64,000 bases of DNA from Chloroflexota bacterium (GTDB taxonomy: Bacteria > Chloroflexota > UBA11872 > VXNJ01), in NCBI GenBank assembly GCA_965249595.1, contig OZ252242.1, positions 848,569-912,568 of the forward strand. Direction: 5' to 3'. A program made the position numbers and the translations under genes. How positions within the stretch are numbered: position 1 is the stretch's first letter; each line of letters starts with the position of its first letter. A model generated the notes under the pieces. The model ran no database searches and was not told the DNA's origin. It saw only the letters and a list, made by a program, of their open reading frames with translations. This document shows, in pieces, positions 39,337 through 49,894 of this stretch.

Positions 39337-40400
39337 ACGGAAGGCCGCGGGTGGCGGTTGTGTTTGGTGGGCGATCCGCCGAGCACGAGATTTCAATCCA
39401 ATCCGCCCAGTCGGTCATTGCCGCCCTGGGCACGGCCGGTTGCTCGGTGATTCCGGTGGGGATCGACCGCGCCGGGAATTGGCATTGGCCGTGCCCGCCG
39501 GAGCGACTCCTGGCGCTTGGCGACCGCGCCGCGGCGCCATCTCGGCCCGATTTGAGCCAAGCCCTCAGGTTGGCCGAGGCTGTCGATATCGTCTTCCCGG
39601 TTCTGCACGGGACCTTCGGCGAGGATGGAACTATCCAGGGACTCTTGGAGATGGCGGCAATTCCCTTTGTGGGATCCGGCGTACTCGGATCGGCCGCCGG
39701 CATGGATAAGGCGGTGATGAAATCGGTATTTAGCAGTGCCGGCATCAGCACTCCAAGATGGGTCCTGGTGCAGCGCCCCGAATGGCGCTCTGATCCGGCG
39801 GCGATGTCAGCCAAATTGATTTGCGAACTCGGCCTGCCGATGTATGTAAAGCCGGCCAATTTAGGTTCATCGGTGGGCGTGAGCCTGGTAACTGACGCCG
39901 ATAGCCTGCCAGACGCCCTTGCGCGCGCCGCGAAATTCGATTCACGCCTAATCTGCGAGCGGGCCGTGCAAAGCCCGCGTGAGATTGAAATCGGGATCCT
40001 TGGCAATGATGATCCGCTGGCTTCAGTGCCCGGTGAGGTATTTCCCGGCCGCGATTTCTATGACTATCGTGCCAAATACGATGACTTGGGAACGACCACC
40101 CAGGCTCCGGCCAAATTGAGCGAAGAATTGGCCAAATCAATCGCCGACACTGCGATCCGTGCCTACCGGGCCCTGGATCTGGCCGGATTGGCGCGGGCCG
40201 ATTTCCTGCTCGAACGACCGTCCGGAAAACTCTATCTCTCAGAAGTCAACACGATGCCCGGATTTACCTCGATCAGCATGTATCCCAAGCTTTGGGAAGC
40301 GAGCGGATTGCCCTATCCCGAGTTACTCGAACGCCTTATCGAATTGGGCTTTGAGCGGGCCCGGCAGCGGGAAACGGTGCTGCCGGCTACGGTCGACTAG
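39333..40400 (+). CDS. ddl: D-alanine--D-alanine ligase
   Basis: 'VAVVFGGRSAEHEISIQSA', 'FPVLHGTFGEDGTIQGLLE', 'EVNTMPGFT'. ATGA overlap with pyrE. Confidence 0.9.
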   Translation: MNGRPRVAVVFGGRSAEHEISIQSAQSVIAALGTAGCSVIPVGIDRAGNWHWPCPPERLLALGDRAAAPSRPDLSQALRLAEAVDIVFPVLHGTFGEDGTIQGLLEMAAIPFVGSGVLGSAAGMDKAVMKSVFSSAGISTPRWVLVQRPEWRSDPAAMSAKLICELGLPMYVKPANLGSSVGVSLVTDADSLPDALARAAKFDSRLICERAVQSPREIEIGILGNDDPLASVPGEVFPGRDFYDYRAKYDDLGTTTQAPAKLSEELAKSIADTAIRAYRALDLAGLARADFLLERPSGKLYLSEVNTMPGFTSISMYPKLWEASGLPYPELLERLIELGFERARQRETVLPATVD

Positions 40401-40604
40401 ACGTCGTAGTAGGTAAGTACCAATAGGGCCTGGACGGGGTCGGCGGCAGCGTCAAAGAGGCCGAGTAGCCAGGCCAGACCTATGGCCAGGCCGCCCATGA
40501 ACAAGAATCCGCCGATCACCGCGGCGATCGTGCCCAGACAGCCAAGCCAACTGACCCGACCACCCGGCGGCGGCGGCTTGCCCGATTGATTGAACCGCAG
40601 CAAT

Positions 40605-42017
40605 TTAGTGGACCGGTTCGCCTGCTGGGCCAGCGCCCACAATCATTTTTTCCTTGCTGTGGCTTTGATCGCTCGCCGCTAATTCGCGGGCGATTTGGGC
40701 CGCGCTTTCAGTGTCGTCCTGATCGAGCTGGCCGTCAATGACTAGCGCCAGCAAGTGATCTTTTAGCGGTTTTATCCAGGGCCCGGGCGGGCGATCAAAT
40801 AGCTCCATGAGGGCGTTGCCGTCGAGTGGACTGGCCATATTGGCCACTGCCCCGGAGCCCCCCAGCGCCTCACAACGGGCCTCCAACTCGGCGACCCGGG
40901 AGAGCCCGTCGCGGATCTTCGAATAGCGGTAACTGGTTATGTCGGCGCGCGATAGTTCGAGCAGCAGGCAGCGGTGCGGACCTACTTGCCTAAGGTACCG
41001 GCGCACCGCTCCGTCGGTCCAATCTGAGCTGTAGAGGTTGGAGCGCATGTGGTGGGCGACCAGTTCACCCACCGCACGGATGGTTGCGCGGTCAAATTTG
41101 AGCCGGCTCAGGATTTTGCGGGCCAGCCGAGCTCCTACGATTTCATGACGAAAGAAGGTGACGCGTCCGCCCTTTACACGCCGGGTGGCTGGTTTGCCCA
41201 CGTCGTGGAGCAGGGCTGCCAACCGCAACGGCAGGTGGGCTCGCACTCCCTGGAGGACCCGAAGGGTGTGCGAGAGCACGTCCTTTTGCTGGGCCCACTC
41301 TTCGGTATCGGTCCGACGCAGGTCGAGCAGTTCGGGAATGACGAACCGGCAAAGTCCCAATTCGATCAAATCGGCGATCCCACCACCGGGATCGCCGGAC
41401 AGCAGGATCTTGGACAACTCGGCTTGGATTCGCTCGGTCGAAATGAACTGCAGGCGACCGGCGTTGGCGGTAATCGAGGAACGGGTGGAATCGTCAATGG
41501 CCATATCCAACTGGGCTGCCAGCCGCACCGCCCGCATCATCCGCAATGGGTCTTCGGCAAACCGTTGGTCGGCCTCGCCGACGGCGCGGACGAGACGTCG
41601 GGCGACGTCGGCGACGCCGTCATACGGGTCGTACAGACGTCCGGATACGATGTCCTGGGCGACGGCGTTAATCGTAAAGTCGCGGCGCTGGAGATCCTCC
41701 TGCAACGTACTGCCGAAGCGGACCTGCGGGTGACGCGATTGCTGGTCGGGGTACCACTCGGCGCGAAAGGTCGTAATGTCGACGTCCAGTTCACCGAACC
41801 GTCCCATGATGGTCCCGTAAGCCGAGCCAATGTCGACGACTGCATCGGCACCGGCCTGATTGAGAAGGCGGGCGATCTGGGCAGGTCGGGCCGTAGTCGC
41901 CAGGTCCAAGTCGGGCGACCGGCGTCCCAGCAGGCGATCACGGACGGTGCCGCCAACGAGGAAAATTTCTTCCCCCGCGCGCTGAAAAACGGTGGCGATG
42001 TCTTGCAGGAAGTCCAT
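40605..42017 (-). CDS. cca: CCA-adding tRNA nucleotidyltransferase (PolyA_pol head + HD domain)
   Basis: 'LVGGTVRDRLLGR...DLDLAT', 'RRDFTINA', HD motif 'LLHDVGKP'. Confidence 0.85.
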   Translation of the reverse strand: MDFLQDIATVFQRAGEEIFLVGGTVRDRLLGRRSPDLDLATTARPAQIARLLNQAGADAVVDIGSAYGTIMGRFGELDVDITTFRAEWYPDQQSRHPQVRFGSTLQEDLQRRDFTINAVAQDIVSGRLYDPYDGVADVARRLVRAVGEADQRFAEDPLRMMRAVRLAAQLDMAIDDSTRSSITANAGRLQFISTERIQAELSKILLSGDPGGGIADLIELGLCRFVIPELLDLRRTDTEEWAQQKDVLSHTLRVLQGVRAHLPLRLAALLHDVGKPATRRVKGGRVTFFRHEIVGARLARKILSRLKFDRATIRAVGELVAHHMRSNLYSSDWTDGAVRRYLRQVGPHRCLLLELSRADITSYRYSKIRDGLSRVAELEARCEALGGSGAVANMASPLDGNALMELFDRPPGPWIKPLKDHLLALVIDGQLDQDDTESAAQIARELAASDQSHSKEKMIVGAGPAGEPVH

Positions 42018-42026
42018 TTTCTAAAT

Positions 42027-44621
42027 CTAATGCGGGTTTTTCGACGGCACCGGTTGGCCTCGGCCCTTGATTGGTCTGCCGATTTCAAGGATAGAACGCA
42101 TTCGGTCCTGCAGTTGGGACAGTGCCGTGCGCGGTCGTACCCGCAGGTTTCGCACCGCCGTGTCGGCCAGCAGAAGAAGGATTGCCGCCGTTAGGGGGCC
42201 GGTTGGATCACCGGAACTATTGCCGGTGCCGGTTGCCAGCTCGCCGGACGGTGATCCGCCAGTCAATTGACTGATGCGGCGCAGACGTTCCTCGCCGCCG
42301 CTCGACGGGAGCAATTCGGCGGGGTACGGTACCGCCACCAGGCCCTCACCTATGGTTTCGTCGTCGCTCTGTAGCCGATAGGGCCAAGCCCCGGCGCCAA
42401 TCGCCGCATAACCGCGATAAAGACCGGGCGACCCGGCTACCAATTCGACGTCCTGCAATCCGGCCGCGGTCTCGATTTGAAGAGTTATTTCCGACGGCGG
42501 TAGCCGGTCCGCGCCAATGGTCACGTCGAGTTCAAAGGCGGCCAGATCGCCATGCGACCGGGCGGTCAGTCGGGGCCCGCTGGCGGGCGGAGCGGCCAGT
42601 TGGTCCAGCAACGAGAGGATGAAGGCATCAAATTGGTCCCAGTTGGTCCACTCGGCCGACCAAACTCCTGACAAGTCGGAGGTCCAGGCGATCACGCGGC
42701 CGTTTCCGGCCATCCAACTGGCCAGGATCGGGTCACCCTGGCTGGAGCTCAATATCACCTGCGCCTGTTCGCGAGCGCGGGTGCGCACATAGCCCTGCAG
42801 CCAGGGCAGCGAGGCACCGCTGTCAATGAGCTCAAAGAGTGCGCTGGCGCTGCTAAGGCGCGGCTGCATGGCGGATGTGACGGTGAGGAAGTTCTTGGCC
42901 AATTTCGCTTCCTGTGTGAGCACGGCCGGCAAATCTTCGTTCTCGGCGGTGGCGTGGAAGCGACCACCGGCGTTGGCGGCGATGGTTTGGAGCAGTTCGA
43001 TCTCGGCGTCATCGCCGATGGCGATGGTGGAGATCGAAATTGCGTCAGCGCGGGCGGCTCGCACCAGCGCCCCGAATTCGCCGTAGTGGGCCTGCCCATC
43101 GGTGATAAGCACGATGTGACGGATCTGGGCCGGGTCATCCTGCAGGGCTAGGCGAGCGGCATTGAGGGCGCGGAAGATATCGGTGGTACCGTCACTTCGG
43201 ATGGCCGCCACCTGGTCGATGAAGCTGGCGCGAGCATCTTCGCTGTCGAGCGTCTGCAGCGGCACTATCTGTTCGGCCTCGCCGCTAAATGCCATCACTC
43301 CTACGCGATCGCCCGGTTCGACAAGGTCTATGGCGGCGATCGTTGCGGCCCGGGCCAAATCCAACTTCGACCGTTCCCCATCCGCGCCGCGCAAACCCAT
43401 CGAAGTTGACCGGTCAAGCAGCAATAAGAGGGCGATTTGGGCTGATTCCTGATCGCGCAATGGATCAGACGACACCGGCAGCAGGCGGTCGAGCGGTGAA
43501 TCCTGGTATTCGCCGGCGGCGTAGGAATTGGGTCCGCCGATGACCGCCAATCCAAGCCCGTGGTCGGTTACCGCCGCTTCCAGGGCCGCGATTTGATCCA
43601 GGCTGAGGGCATCGGCCGGAATATCGGCCAAGATCAACCCGGCGTTTGTGGCCAGCTCCTCGGCGTTGGCGGGCAATTGCCGGGCCGTAATTTGGTCAAC
43701 GGTTACTCCCTGCCGGGTCAGTGCCGCGGTCAGGGCCGGCGCTTCGCCCACCACCACCACCGGCGGCGGCTCGATGACTTCGACCACTTTGTTGATCACG
43801 TCATTGGCCAGCGATTGCGACCGCGGGTCAAGCATTTCAGCCGCCACAACCACCGCACCGACCGTCATGGGCGCCTCGGCACGGACCGTAAACGCGCTTA
43901 CTCCGGCCGCCAACTCCACCTCTCCGCTCCCCGCCAGCCGCTCCCCGAGCCAGATCTGGACGCGGGCCCGGCGTGGCGAGGGTGAATAGATTTCGGCCCC
44001 GATCGCCATTGGCCGGCCGGCGGCTACCTGGGAGCGGGCGGAAACACGCAGTACCGCCGAATCGGCCTCACCGACGCGTGCGCTCGAGCGGGTGATCAAG
44101 CGCGTCCCGGCACTTACGGCGCCGGCGATTGCGCTTTCCAAGTCCCCCTGGTCGTAGGCACCGTCAGCGATGAGCAACAGTTGTCCGGAACCGGCTGCGG
44201 CCGATCCGGCGGCAATTGCCGCCGGGAGGTTGGTGCTTGACCCTCCAAAGCCGAATGCCGCAACTGCCCCGCCGGTCTGGGTTTCTTGCTCCGCCCAATC
44301 GCGATCTACTATGCGGGCGGACAGCTGAATCGAATCTGAACGATCAATCGCCACTGCAACCTGTTCTTGTTCAGCGCCGCCACAGAGGCTGCCGGCCAGC
44401 GGCGTGGCGATCGCCAATACCAAACCGGCACGCAATACGGTGGCCAATAGCAGGCGCCCACGACCGGCCCTGCTGCGGGTGGTCATGGTGATAGTCACGA
44501 CAGCGATGATGGCCAGCGACGCGAATAGCCACACCGCGATTACCGCGATTTCGGCGCACAGATAGGTAGAAATCGGCACGCCCATCACGCCGCTCCGCGC
44601 CGTCGGTGAAACCAGAACCAT
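42027..44621 (-). CDS. von Willebrand factor A (vWA) domain membrane protein (BatB-like)
   Basis: MIDAS-containing vWA 'LLLDRSTSM...DGTTDIF...ITDGQ'. N-terminal TM helices, 864 aa. Last gene of MoxR operon. Confidence 0.75.
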   Translation of the reverse strand: MVLVSPTARSGVMGVPISTYLCAEIAVIAVWLFASLAIIAVVTITMTTRSRAGRGRLLLATVLRAGLVLAIATPLAGSLCGGAEQEQVAVAIDRSDSIQLSARIVDRDWAEQETQTGGAVAAFGFGGSSTNLPAAIAAGSAAAGSGQLLLIADGAYDQGDLESAIAGAVSAGTRLITRSSARVGEADSAVLRVSARSQVAAGRPMAIGAEIYSPSPRRARVQIWLGERLAGSGEVELAAGVSAFTVRAEAPMTVGAVVVAAEMLDPRSQSLANDVINKVVEVIEPPPVVVVGEAPALTAALTRQGVTVDQITARQLPANAEELATNAGLILADIPADALSLDQIAALEAAVTDHGLGLAVIGGPNSYAAGEYQDSPLDRLLPVSSDPLRDQESAQIALLLLLDRSTSMGLRGADGERSKLDLARAATIAAIDLVEPGDRVGVMAFSGEAEQIVPLQTLDSEDARASFIDQVAAIRSDGTTDIFRALNAARLALQDDPAQIRHIVLITDGQAHYGEFGALVRAARADAISISTIAIGDDAEIELLQTIAANAGGRFHATAENEDLPAVLTQEAKLAKNFLTVTSAMQPRLSSASALFELIDSGASLPWLQGYVRTRAREQAQVILSSSQGDPILASWMAGNGRVIAWTSDLSGVWSAEWTNWDQFDAFILSLLDQLAAPPASGPRLTARSHGDLAAFELDVTIGADRLPPSEITLQIETAAGLQDVELVAGSPGLYRGYAAIGAGAWPYRLQSDDETIGEGLVAVPYPAELLPSSGGEERLRRISQLTGGSPSGELATGTGNSSGDPTGPLTAAILLLLADTAVRNLRVRPRTALSQLQDRMRSILEIGRPIKGRGQPVPSKNPH

Positions 44622-46522
44622 TCAAACAGCAACAGCGCCAGGGCCAGTACCGCCAGGTGCGGCCACAGGGCAAGAATCGTGGGGCCGGCGGCCAGTTGCA
44701 ACTGCTCGGTGGACCAGGTCGGCGGAGGCGCCGGACCGATCGGATCGGCGTAAACGTAGGTGGCATCAACTACTTCTCCGCCGCTGGATTGGATGATCAA
44801 AAATCGTCCCGCCGACGGAGGAATCCAGGCCACCGCCGGAGTGGTATCACCGCTGGCCAAGGCCGATGGAGCGGCAACCCTGGCAATCGAAACCGCAGTG
44901 GCCAAAAGCTGTTGTCCGGAATCGCCGTAGACGACCAGCGAGTCGGCGGACGGAGAGGTGCGCAAGAACGTGGCCTGCCCGGGTCGCAAGATGGTTCCCG
45001 GGGCCAGCGGCGAGTTTGGATCTACCTCGGCGAGCAGGCGGGCCGCCAGCAGTGGAAACTCGGCCTGGCCGGCCAGGTGTAGGGCCGGATCAACGGCCAG
45101 GGCGACAACCTGACGGCCCGCTAATCGGCCTCGCCAGAGGATCGCACCGCCCAATCCGTGGGCCTCGGCGGCGGCTCCGGCAGGAACCAGCAAGGCGTCT
45201 ACGGCTTGCGGGGCCAGGGCTCCCAGCGGTAGGTCGCCGAGCAGCCGGGCTGCCGGATCGGCGATTGGAATCGAGAATGCCGATTCGGCCCGGTCGGTCA
45301 GGCCGGCGACCGGCGGCGGATCTACCAGCACTATGCCGGCAGCCGGCAGGCGGTCGGGCACCCGACCCAGATAAACGGCAATATCAAATTCTTCAGCGGG
45401 CGACTCGGTCACCGCGAATCCGGCCGCCTGGGCGGCCCGTCGCCAGGGTTCGCCGAATTCAGCGTCGACAAGCACGCTCGAATTAGGTGTGGTCGGCCGG
45501 CCGGCCACGACCGCGCTGGCTATCACTTCGCCATCGCTGCCGAGGGCCCACAGCCAAATCTCATCGCCCGCGGAGGCGATCCGCTCGGTACCCGTCAATT
45601 TCCCCGATGGTGGGATCTGCCCACGGCCACCGGGCCGCGCCGCCGGGCCAGGTAGCGTTGCCGCCCCGGCCGCCGCCGCCTCTGGAGAGGGTGCAGGGCG
45701 GGGTTCAAGCCGCAGGTCGTAGTTTGTTCCTGGTGGACCGCTCAACCGATAGAGAACCGCCAATGACCCATCGCTGGCCGGGCGCGCCGTCAGAGTGGTT
45801 ATGGTCAGCGTGTTGGGCAGGGTCGGGGCAAGTGCGCGCCAACGTTCATCGGCACCGAATTCGATTGCCCCGGCCCCATCGGCCAGGATGACCACCGAAG
45901 CTGGTTGGCGGCCGGCTATAAGTCCACCGGCGGCACCGAGGACTGCGGTCAGGTCACCACCCGCGGCAGTGACATCGGCGCGCGCCAGAGTTGCCAATAA
46001 CGCTTCTGGATCCGGTCCCCGATAGGCGATTTTGGGTTGTTGTGAGGTCAGCAACAGGACGTGTTCTTGCCCGGTCAATTCGGACAGTGCGTCCCGCAGC
46101 GGTGTAGGGTCCAACCCCGGCTGGGCGATCGTTACGGTCACCGGCGCGAGGGAGATAAAACGACTTACGATCGGGGCCGCCAGGGCTGTTGCCAACAGGG
46201 CCATTGCGAGGAGTTGGAGGATCAGCGGCAGGTGGCGCAGCAGCCAGCGGGCCAGGCGTCGTCGCGGTGATGGAACGCTCCATTGCCAGGGCAGCAGGGC
46301 CGGAACCACAATCCGCGGAAGCGGAGGGCGCAAAAGGTGCAGCAACCAGAACGCCAATCCCAATCCCAGCCAGGCCAGCGCGCCGGCCGCAAATAGGGTC
46401 AAAGCAATCGACCGGCTCGCCGCAGTGGACCCAGCAGCGCGGCTCCCGGATCGCCGTCGCCGGGCAGTTGCAGATAGGCGACACCCATCCGCCGGCAGGA
46501 TCGACCCAGGCCACCTAGCCAT
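44585..46522 (-). CDS. BatA-like protein with N-terminal double-transmembrane anchor domain (TIGR02226-like)
   Basis: 'LAFWLLHLLRPPLPRIVVPALLPWQW' N-terminal motif. True start probably ~46410-46420 (track start overlaps DUF58 gene). Confidence 0.6.
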   Translation of the reverse strand: MARWPGSILPADGCRLSATARRRRSGSRAAGSTAASRSIALTLFAAGALAWLGLGLAFWLLHLLRPPLPRIVVPALLPWQWSVPSPRRRLARWLLRHLPLILQLLAMALLATALAAPIVSRFISLAPVTVTIAQPGLDPTPLRDALSELTGQEHVLLLTSQQPKIAYRGPDPEALLATLARADVTAAGGDLTAVLGAAGGLIAGRQPASVVILADGAGAIEFGADERWRALAPTLPNTLTITTLTARPASDGSLAVLYRLSGPPGTNYDLRLEPRPAPSPEAAAAGAATLPGPAARPGGRGQIPPSGKLTGTERIASAGDEIWLWALGSDGEVIASAVVAGRPTTPNSSVLVDAEFGEPWRRAAQAAGFAVTESPAEEFDIAVYLGRVPDRLPAAGIVLVDPPPVAGLTDRAESAFSIPIADPAARLLGDLPLGALAPQAVDALLVPAGAAAEAHGLGGAILWRGRLAGRQVVALAVDPALHLAGQAEFPLLAARLLAEVDPNSPLAPGTILRPGQATFLRTSPSADSLVVYGDSGQQLLATAVSIARVAAPSALASGDTTPAVAWIPPSAGRFLIIQSSGGEVVDATYVYADPIGPAPPPTWSTEQLQLAAGPTILALWPHLAVLALALLLFEWFWFHRRRGAA

Positions 46523-47277
46523 TCGGCGAATCCCGCCCGGTAGTTGGCGCGCGCATCGACCGAGCCGTCAAGGACCAGCTCAGTGCCTGTTTCGGCATCA
46601 ATTAATACGGCGTTGTCGGGCACCGGCGGATCGCGATCGTCATCGGATATGAGGTGCAACACACAGACCTCATGTCCGGCGTTGGCCAGTTCGCCAATGG
46701 CTCGCTGCGAGTCGCGGTCGTAGAGGTCGGAAATCAAAAAACAAACCCCGTGCGGACCGCCGCTGCCCCTGAGCTGGCGAACTGCGGGGAGCAATTGCGT
46801 GCTGCCGGCGGTTCCGAAGCTCGCCAATTGGTCGGTTAGGCGGGAATAATGCCGGCGGCCCAGGACGGTCAGCACCGGTGACGAGCGGCCATCGCCAAGC
46901 AACGAAAGACGGACCTCGTCGCCGCCGGCGAGGGCCACGTAACCCAACGCGGCGCCCAGTCCGCGGGCATAGGTGAACTTATCGGCCATCGATGCGCTGC
47001 AATCGATTAGCAGCCAAACGGCGAGCGCTTCCTCGGCCTGGCGCAGTTTGATCTGGAACTGCCGCGAGCGCGCGTAGATGTTCCAGTCAATCTGGCGGGG
47101 ATCATCGCCGGGGGTGTAGGCGCGGTATCCCGAAAACTCTATTGAGGACCCCATCAGGCGTGACGCACGCCCACCTTGTCGGGTGTTGTCGTGGCGCTGT
47201 CGCGAGGCGATGTTTAGGTGTTCGAGACGAGCGAGTAACGATGGGGATAGGCCGCCCGTGGGCGCCCGGCTGGTCAC
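46399..47277 (-). CDS. DUF58 domain protein (MoxR-associated vWA-like)
   Basis: 'GSSIEFSGYRAYTPGDDPRQIDWNIYARS...LLIDCSASM' DUF58 hallmark. GTG at 47277, 10 nt after MoxR stop. Confidence 0.8.
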   Translation of the reverse strand: MTSRAPTGGLSPSLLARLEHLNIASRQRHDNTRQGGRASRLMGSSIEFSGYRAYTPGDDPRQIDWNIYARSRQFQIKLRQAEEALAVWLLIDCSASMADKFTYARGLGAALGYVALAGGDEVRLSLLGDGRSSPVLTVLGRRHYSRLTDQLASFGTAGSTQLLPAVRQLRGSGGPHGVCFLISDLYDRDSQRAIGELANAGHEVCVLHLISDDDRDPPVPDNAVLIDAETGTELVLDGSVDARANYRAGFAEWLGGLGRSCRRMGVAYLQLPGDGDPGAALLGPLRRAGRLL

Positions 47278-47287
47278 GGAACGTCGA

Positions 47288-48274
47288 TTACCGTGGCCGC
47301 GTGGCCATGGCGATCTCGTCGAGGATTTGGTCGCTGCTAAGGCCCTCGGCCTCGGCCTCAAAACCAATGACCAAGCGATGCCGCAGGGCGGGTTTGAACT
47401 GGGCCCGCACATCTTCGTAGGACACCTGCGGCCGGCCGGCCAACAATGCCGTCGCTTTGGCGGCCAGGATCATGGACTGGGCGCCGCGCGGCGAAGCGCC
47501 GTAACGTACAAATCGCCGGGTTATCGCCGGGGCCGACGCGACCGGCTGGGTGGCGGAAACCAGATCGACTGCGTATTCGGCAACGTGACCGGCCACCACG
47601 GCCGACCTGACCGTGGCCTGGGCCCCGGCCAAATCGGCCAACCGAGCTACCGGCGAGAGTTCTGGTTGAGCGCCGGTGGTGGTGCGCGAGAGGATCTCGA
47701 CCATTTCCGCGCGTTCGGGCATGCCGATCAGTATCTTGAAGAAAAAACGATCCAGCTGCGCTTCCGGAAGAGGGTAGGTTCCCTCCATTTCAATCGGATT
47801 TTGGGTTGCCAGAACAAAAAAACAATCGGGCAGGGGATGGGTTTGCGAACCGACCGTAACCGAACCTTCGGCCATCGCCTCGAGCAGCGCCGATTGCGTG
47901 CGCGGGGTGGCGCGATTTATTTCATCAGCGAGCAGGACCTGGGCGAACAGCGGCCCGCGCTCGAATGCGAAATAATGATCGCCACGCCCGTTCTGGCGCA
48001 CAAAATTCGTGCCGGTAATGTCGGCCGGCATCAGATCCGGCGTAAATTGCACGCGCGCAAATTTGAGGTCCAAAGAGTTTGCCAGCGTCCGCACCAACAG
48101 CGTTTTGCCAAGGCCGGGCGCACCCTCCAGCAGGCAGTGGCCGCCGGCCAATAGGGCGATTAGGACCTGTTCGATTACCTGCTCTTGTCCAACTATTACT
48201 TTGCCTATTGCCGATCGCAGTCGATCGGCCAGGCCGACGAGTTCGGCAAGTGCAGGCATGGGTGGACTGACCAT
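47288..48274 (-). CDS. MoxR-family AAA+ ATPase
   Basis: 'GHCLLEGAPGLGKT' Walker A, 'LLADEINRA' Walker B, 328 aa. Confidence 0.9.
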   Translation of the reverse strand: MVSPPMPALAELVGLADRLRSAIGKVIVGQEQVIEQVLIALLAGGHCLLEGAPGLGKTLLVRTLANSLDLKFARVQFTPDLMPADITGTNFVRQNGRGDHYFAFERGPLFAQVLLADEINRATPRTQSALLEAMAEGSVTVGSQTHPLPDCFFVLATQNPIEMEGTYPLPEAQLDRFFFKILIGMPERAEMVEILSRTTTGAQPELSPVARLADLAGAQATVRSAVVAGHVAEYAVDLVSATQPVASAPAITRRFVRYGASPRGAQSMILAAKATALLAGRPQVSYEDVRAQFKPALRHRLVIGFEAEAEGLSSDQILDEIAMATRPR

Positions 48275-48279
48275 TGGGA

Positions 48280-49641
48280 TTAAGACGATTCGAAGTAAGC
48301 GCGCAAAAGATCAGTCGATTCTGGCGCTCTCACCGGCGATAGGGCCGGCGCCGAAAGGGCAAATCCGAACATGCCGGCCGATGGACTGCGGCCCGGCTCG
48401 CTGTCCTCCCCCAAGTCGAGTCGCCTTGGCTCCAATTGCGCCGGCTTGTCGGTTGGGCTCAATGGGACTATGCGGATCGTGCCATCGGCGCCCAAGCGTT
48501 CAATCGTCCCGTTGGCCAGCGAAGAACTGGAACCTCCAATGCTGTCTGAACTGGACCCCGCCGATGCTGCGGTTCCGCCCGCCGGTCCATCCGGCGAGAG
48601 ACTGGCGGCGGCGGGTTGCCCACCCAGCGCTTCCAGCCGTGACTGGATTTCCGCACGAAGGGCCTCGTTTTGTTCGGCGGCCACTATTGCTTGACTTAGT
48701 TGATCGATGGCCGCCGCCGCCGAAAGTGATTGGCCTTCGCTGAGGGCTTCGGTGAGATCGTTAAGCGGCTCGGCCAGCGCCGGATCGCCAGTTTGCTCGG
48801 CGGCGGCGGCCATGGTGTCGATGATCTGATCCCGCTCGGCCGCTGTGAGGCCGCCCAATCCGGCCGCCAATTCTTCCAGGGCACGGGCGGCGGCGGCGGC
48901 GTCGCCGCCGCCCAGGGCGCGCCCGGCATTGCGGGTCAATGGGTTCTGGGCGAGCAGGGAAGCAATTTGCGCCAGGTCTGCCTGGGCGGTTCCAGCCAGT
49001 GGCTCAAGGGCTGAGAGCAATTCAGCTTGGGCCGCCGCTTGGCCCGATGGGATACCCGCCAATTGACCGTCATCGCCGGGAACGGAATAGCGCGGTTCGT
49101 CGGCCGTACTCGGCGGCGGCGGAATGTAGATCAGGGCGGTCAAAAAACCAAACAGCGCCAATCCAGCGCCGATCCAGATCAGCTCCCGGCTGCTTGGCCG
49201 AATCGGTCCGAGCGAGGCGACCGGGATCTGGCCGGACACCGACTCGGCCCGCTGCAAAACCTCTGCGTACAGCGCTGACCGTCCGCCATCACCGGCCACG
49301 GCGGTCGAGAGCAGCTCGTTTAAGCCGTTGGCGCGATCCAGTCGCAGCGCCAAGGCGAGCCGTTCCGATCGTCGCCACGATGGGCGGAACCTGACCAACA
49401 GCGCCAGCGCGGCGCCGATCATGATCAGTGCCAGCAGGGCCTGCTCGGAGCGAACCGCGGTGATCGTTAGGGCAATCGCGACGATGCCGACCGCCCCCAG
49501 CCGCGGCCCGATGGCGGCGAGTTGTTGTTGGCGAGCGCGCCGGGCGGCCCGCGCTAGCAGGTGGTCTAATGCAGTGGCCGCCGGGCTGGCGGCTGTCATG
49601 GCCGAATGCAATTGGCCCGCAATATCCGATGCGATCTTCAA
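48280..49641 (-). CDS. Hypothetical membrane protein (Ala/Leu-rich, 2-3 TM) heading the MoxR operon
   Basis: 453-aa low-complexity ORF with TM segments, 5 nt upstream of MoxR gene. No catalytic motif. Confidence 0.45.
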   Translation of the reverse strand: MKIASDIAGQLHSAMTAASPAATALDHLLARAARRARQQQLAAIGPRLGAVGIVAIALTITAVRSEQALLALIMIGAALALLVRFRPSWRRSERLALALRLDRANGLNELLSTAVAGDGGRSALYAEVLQRAESVSGQIPVASLGPIRPSSRELIWIGAGLALFGFLTALIYIPPPPSTADEPRYSVPGDDGQLAGIPSGQAAAQAELLSALEPLAGTAQADLAQIASLLAQNPLTRNAGRALGGGDAAAAARALEELAAGLGGLTAAERDQIIDTMAAAAEQTGDPALAEPLNDLTEALSEGQSLSAAAAIDQLSQAIVAAEQNEALRAEIQSRLEALGGQPAAASLSPDGPAGGTAASAGSSSDSIGGSSSSLANGTIERLGADGTIRIVPLSPTDKPAQLEPRRLDLGEDSEPGRSPSAGMFGFALSAPALSPVRAPESTDLLRAYFESS

Positions 49642-49894
49642 CTGGCTAGTTGAGTCTATTTGGACCCCGATCCATCGCGGCCTGCGTGCACTGTTGACCG
49701 GGTCCGGGTTGGGTTACGGGCCACGTGGCCCGTAAACAGGGCGGTCGATCTGCAGGACATATCCGCATCGCCCCGATAGGCAATTGCCGTGCCGGGATCG
49801 GCCACCGGTGGACACTTTGAATCCAGCCGGACAGTCTGGCGCTCGCTCCCTGACCCGGGTCTCGCGAAGTGGCAGGAGAAACGAAGGTGGTTGC

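Noticed and set aside
40397-40642. 81-aa minus-strand ORF with one TM helix between ddl and cca, overlapping cca 3' end by 37 nt
   Set aside because: Could be a small membrane protein, but it has no conservation evidence and overlaps a confident gene. Left uncalled.
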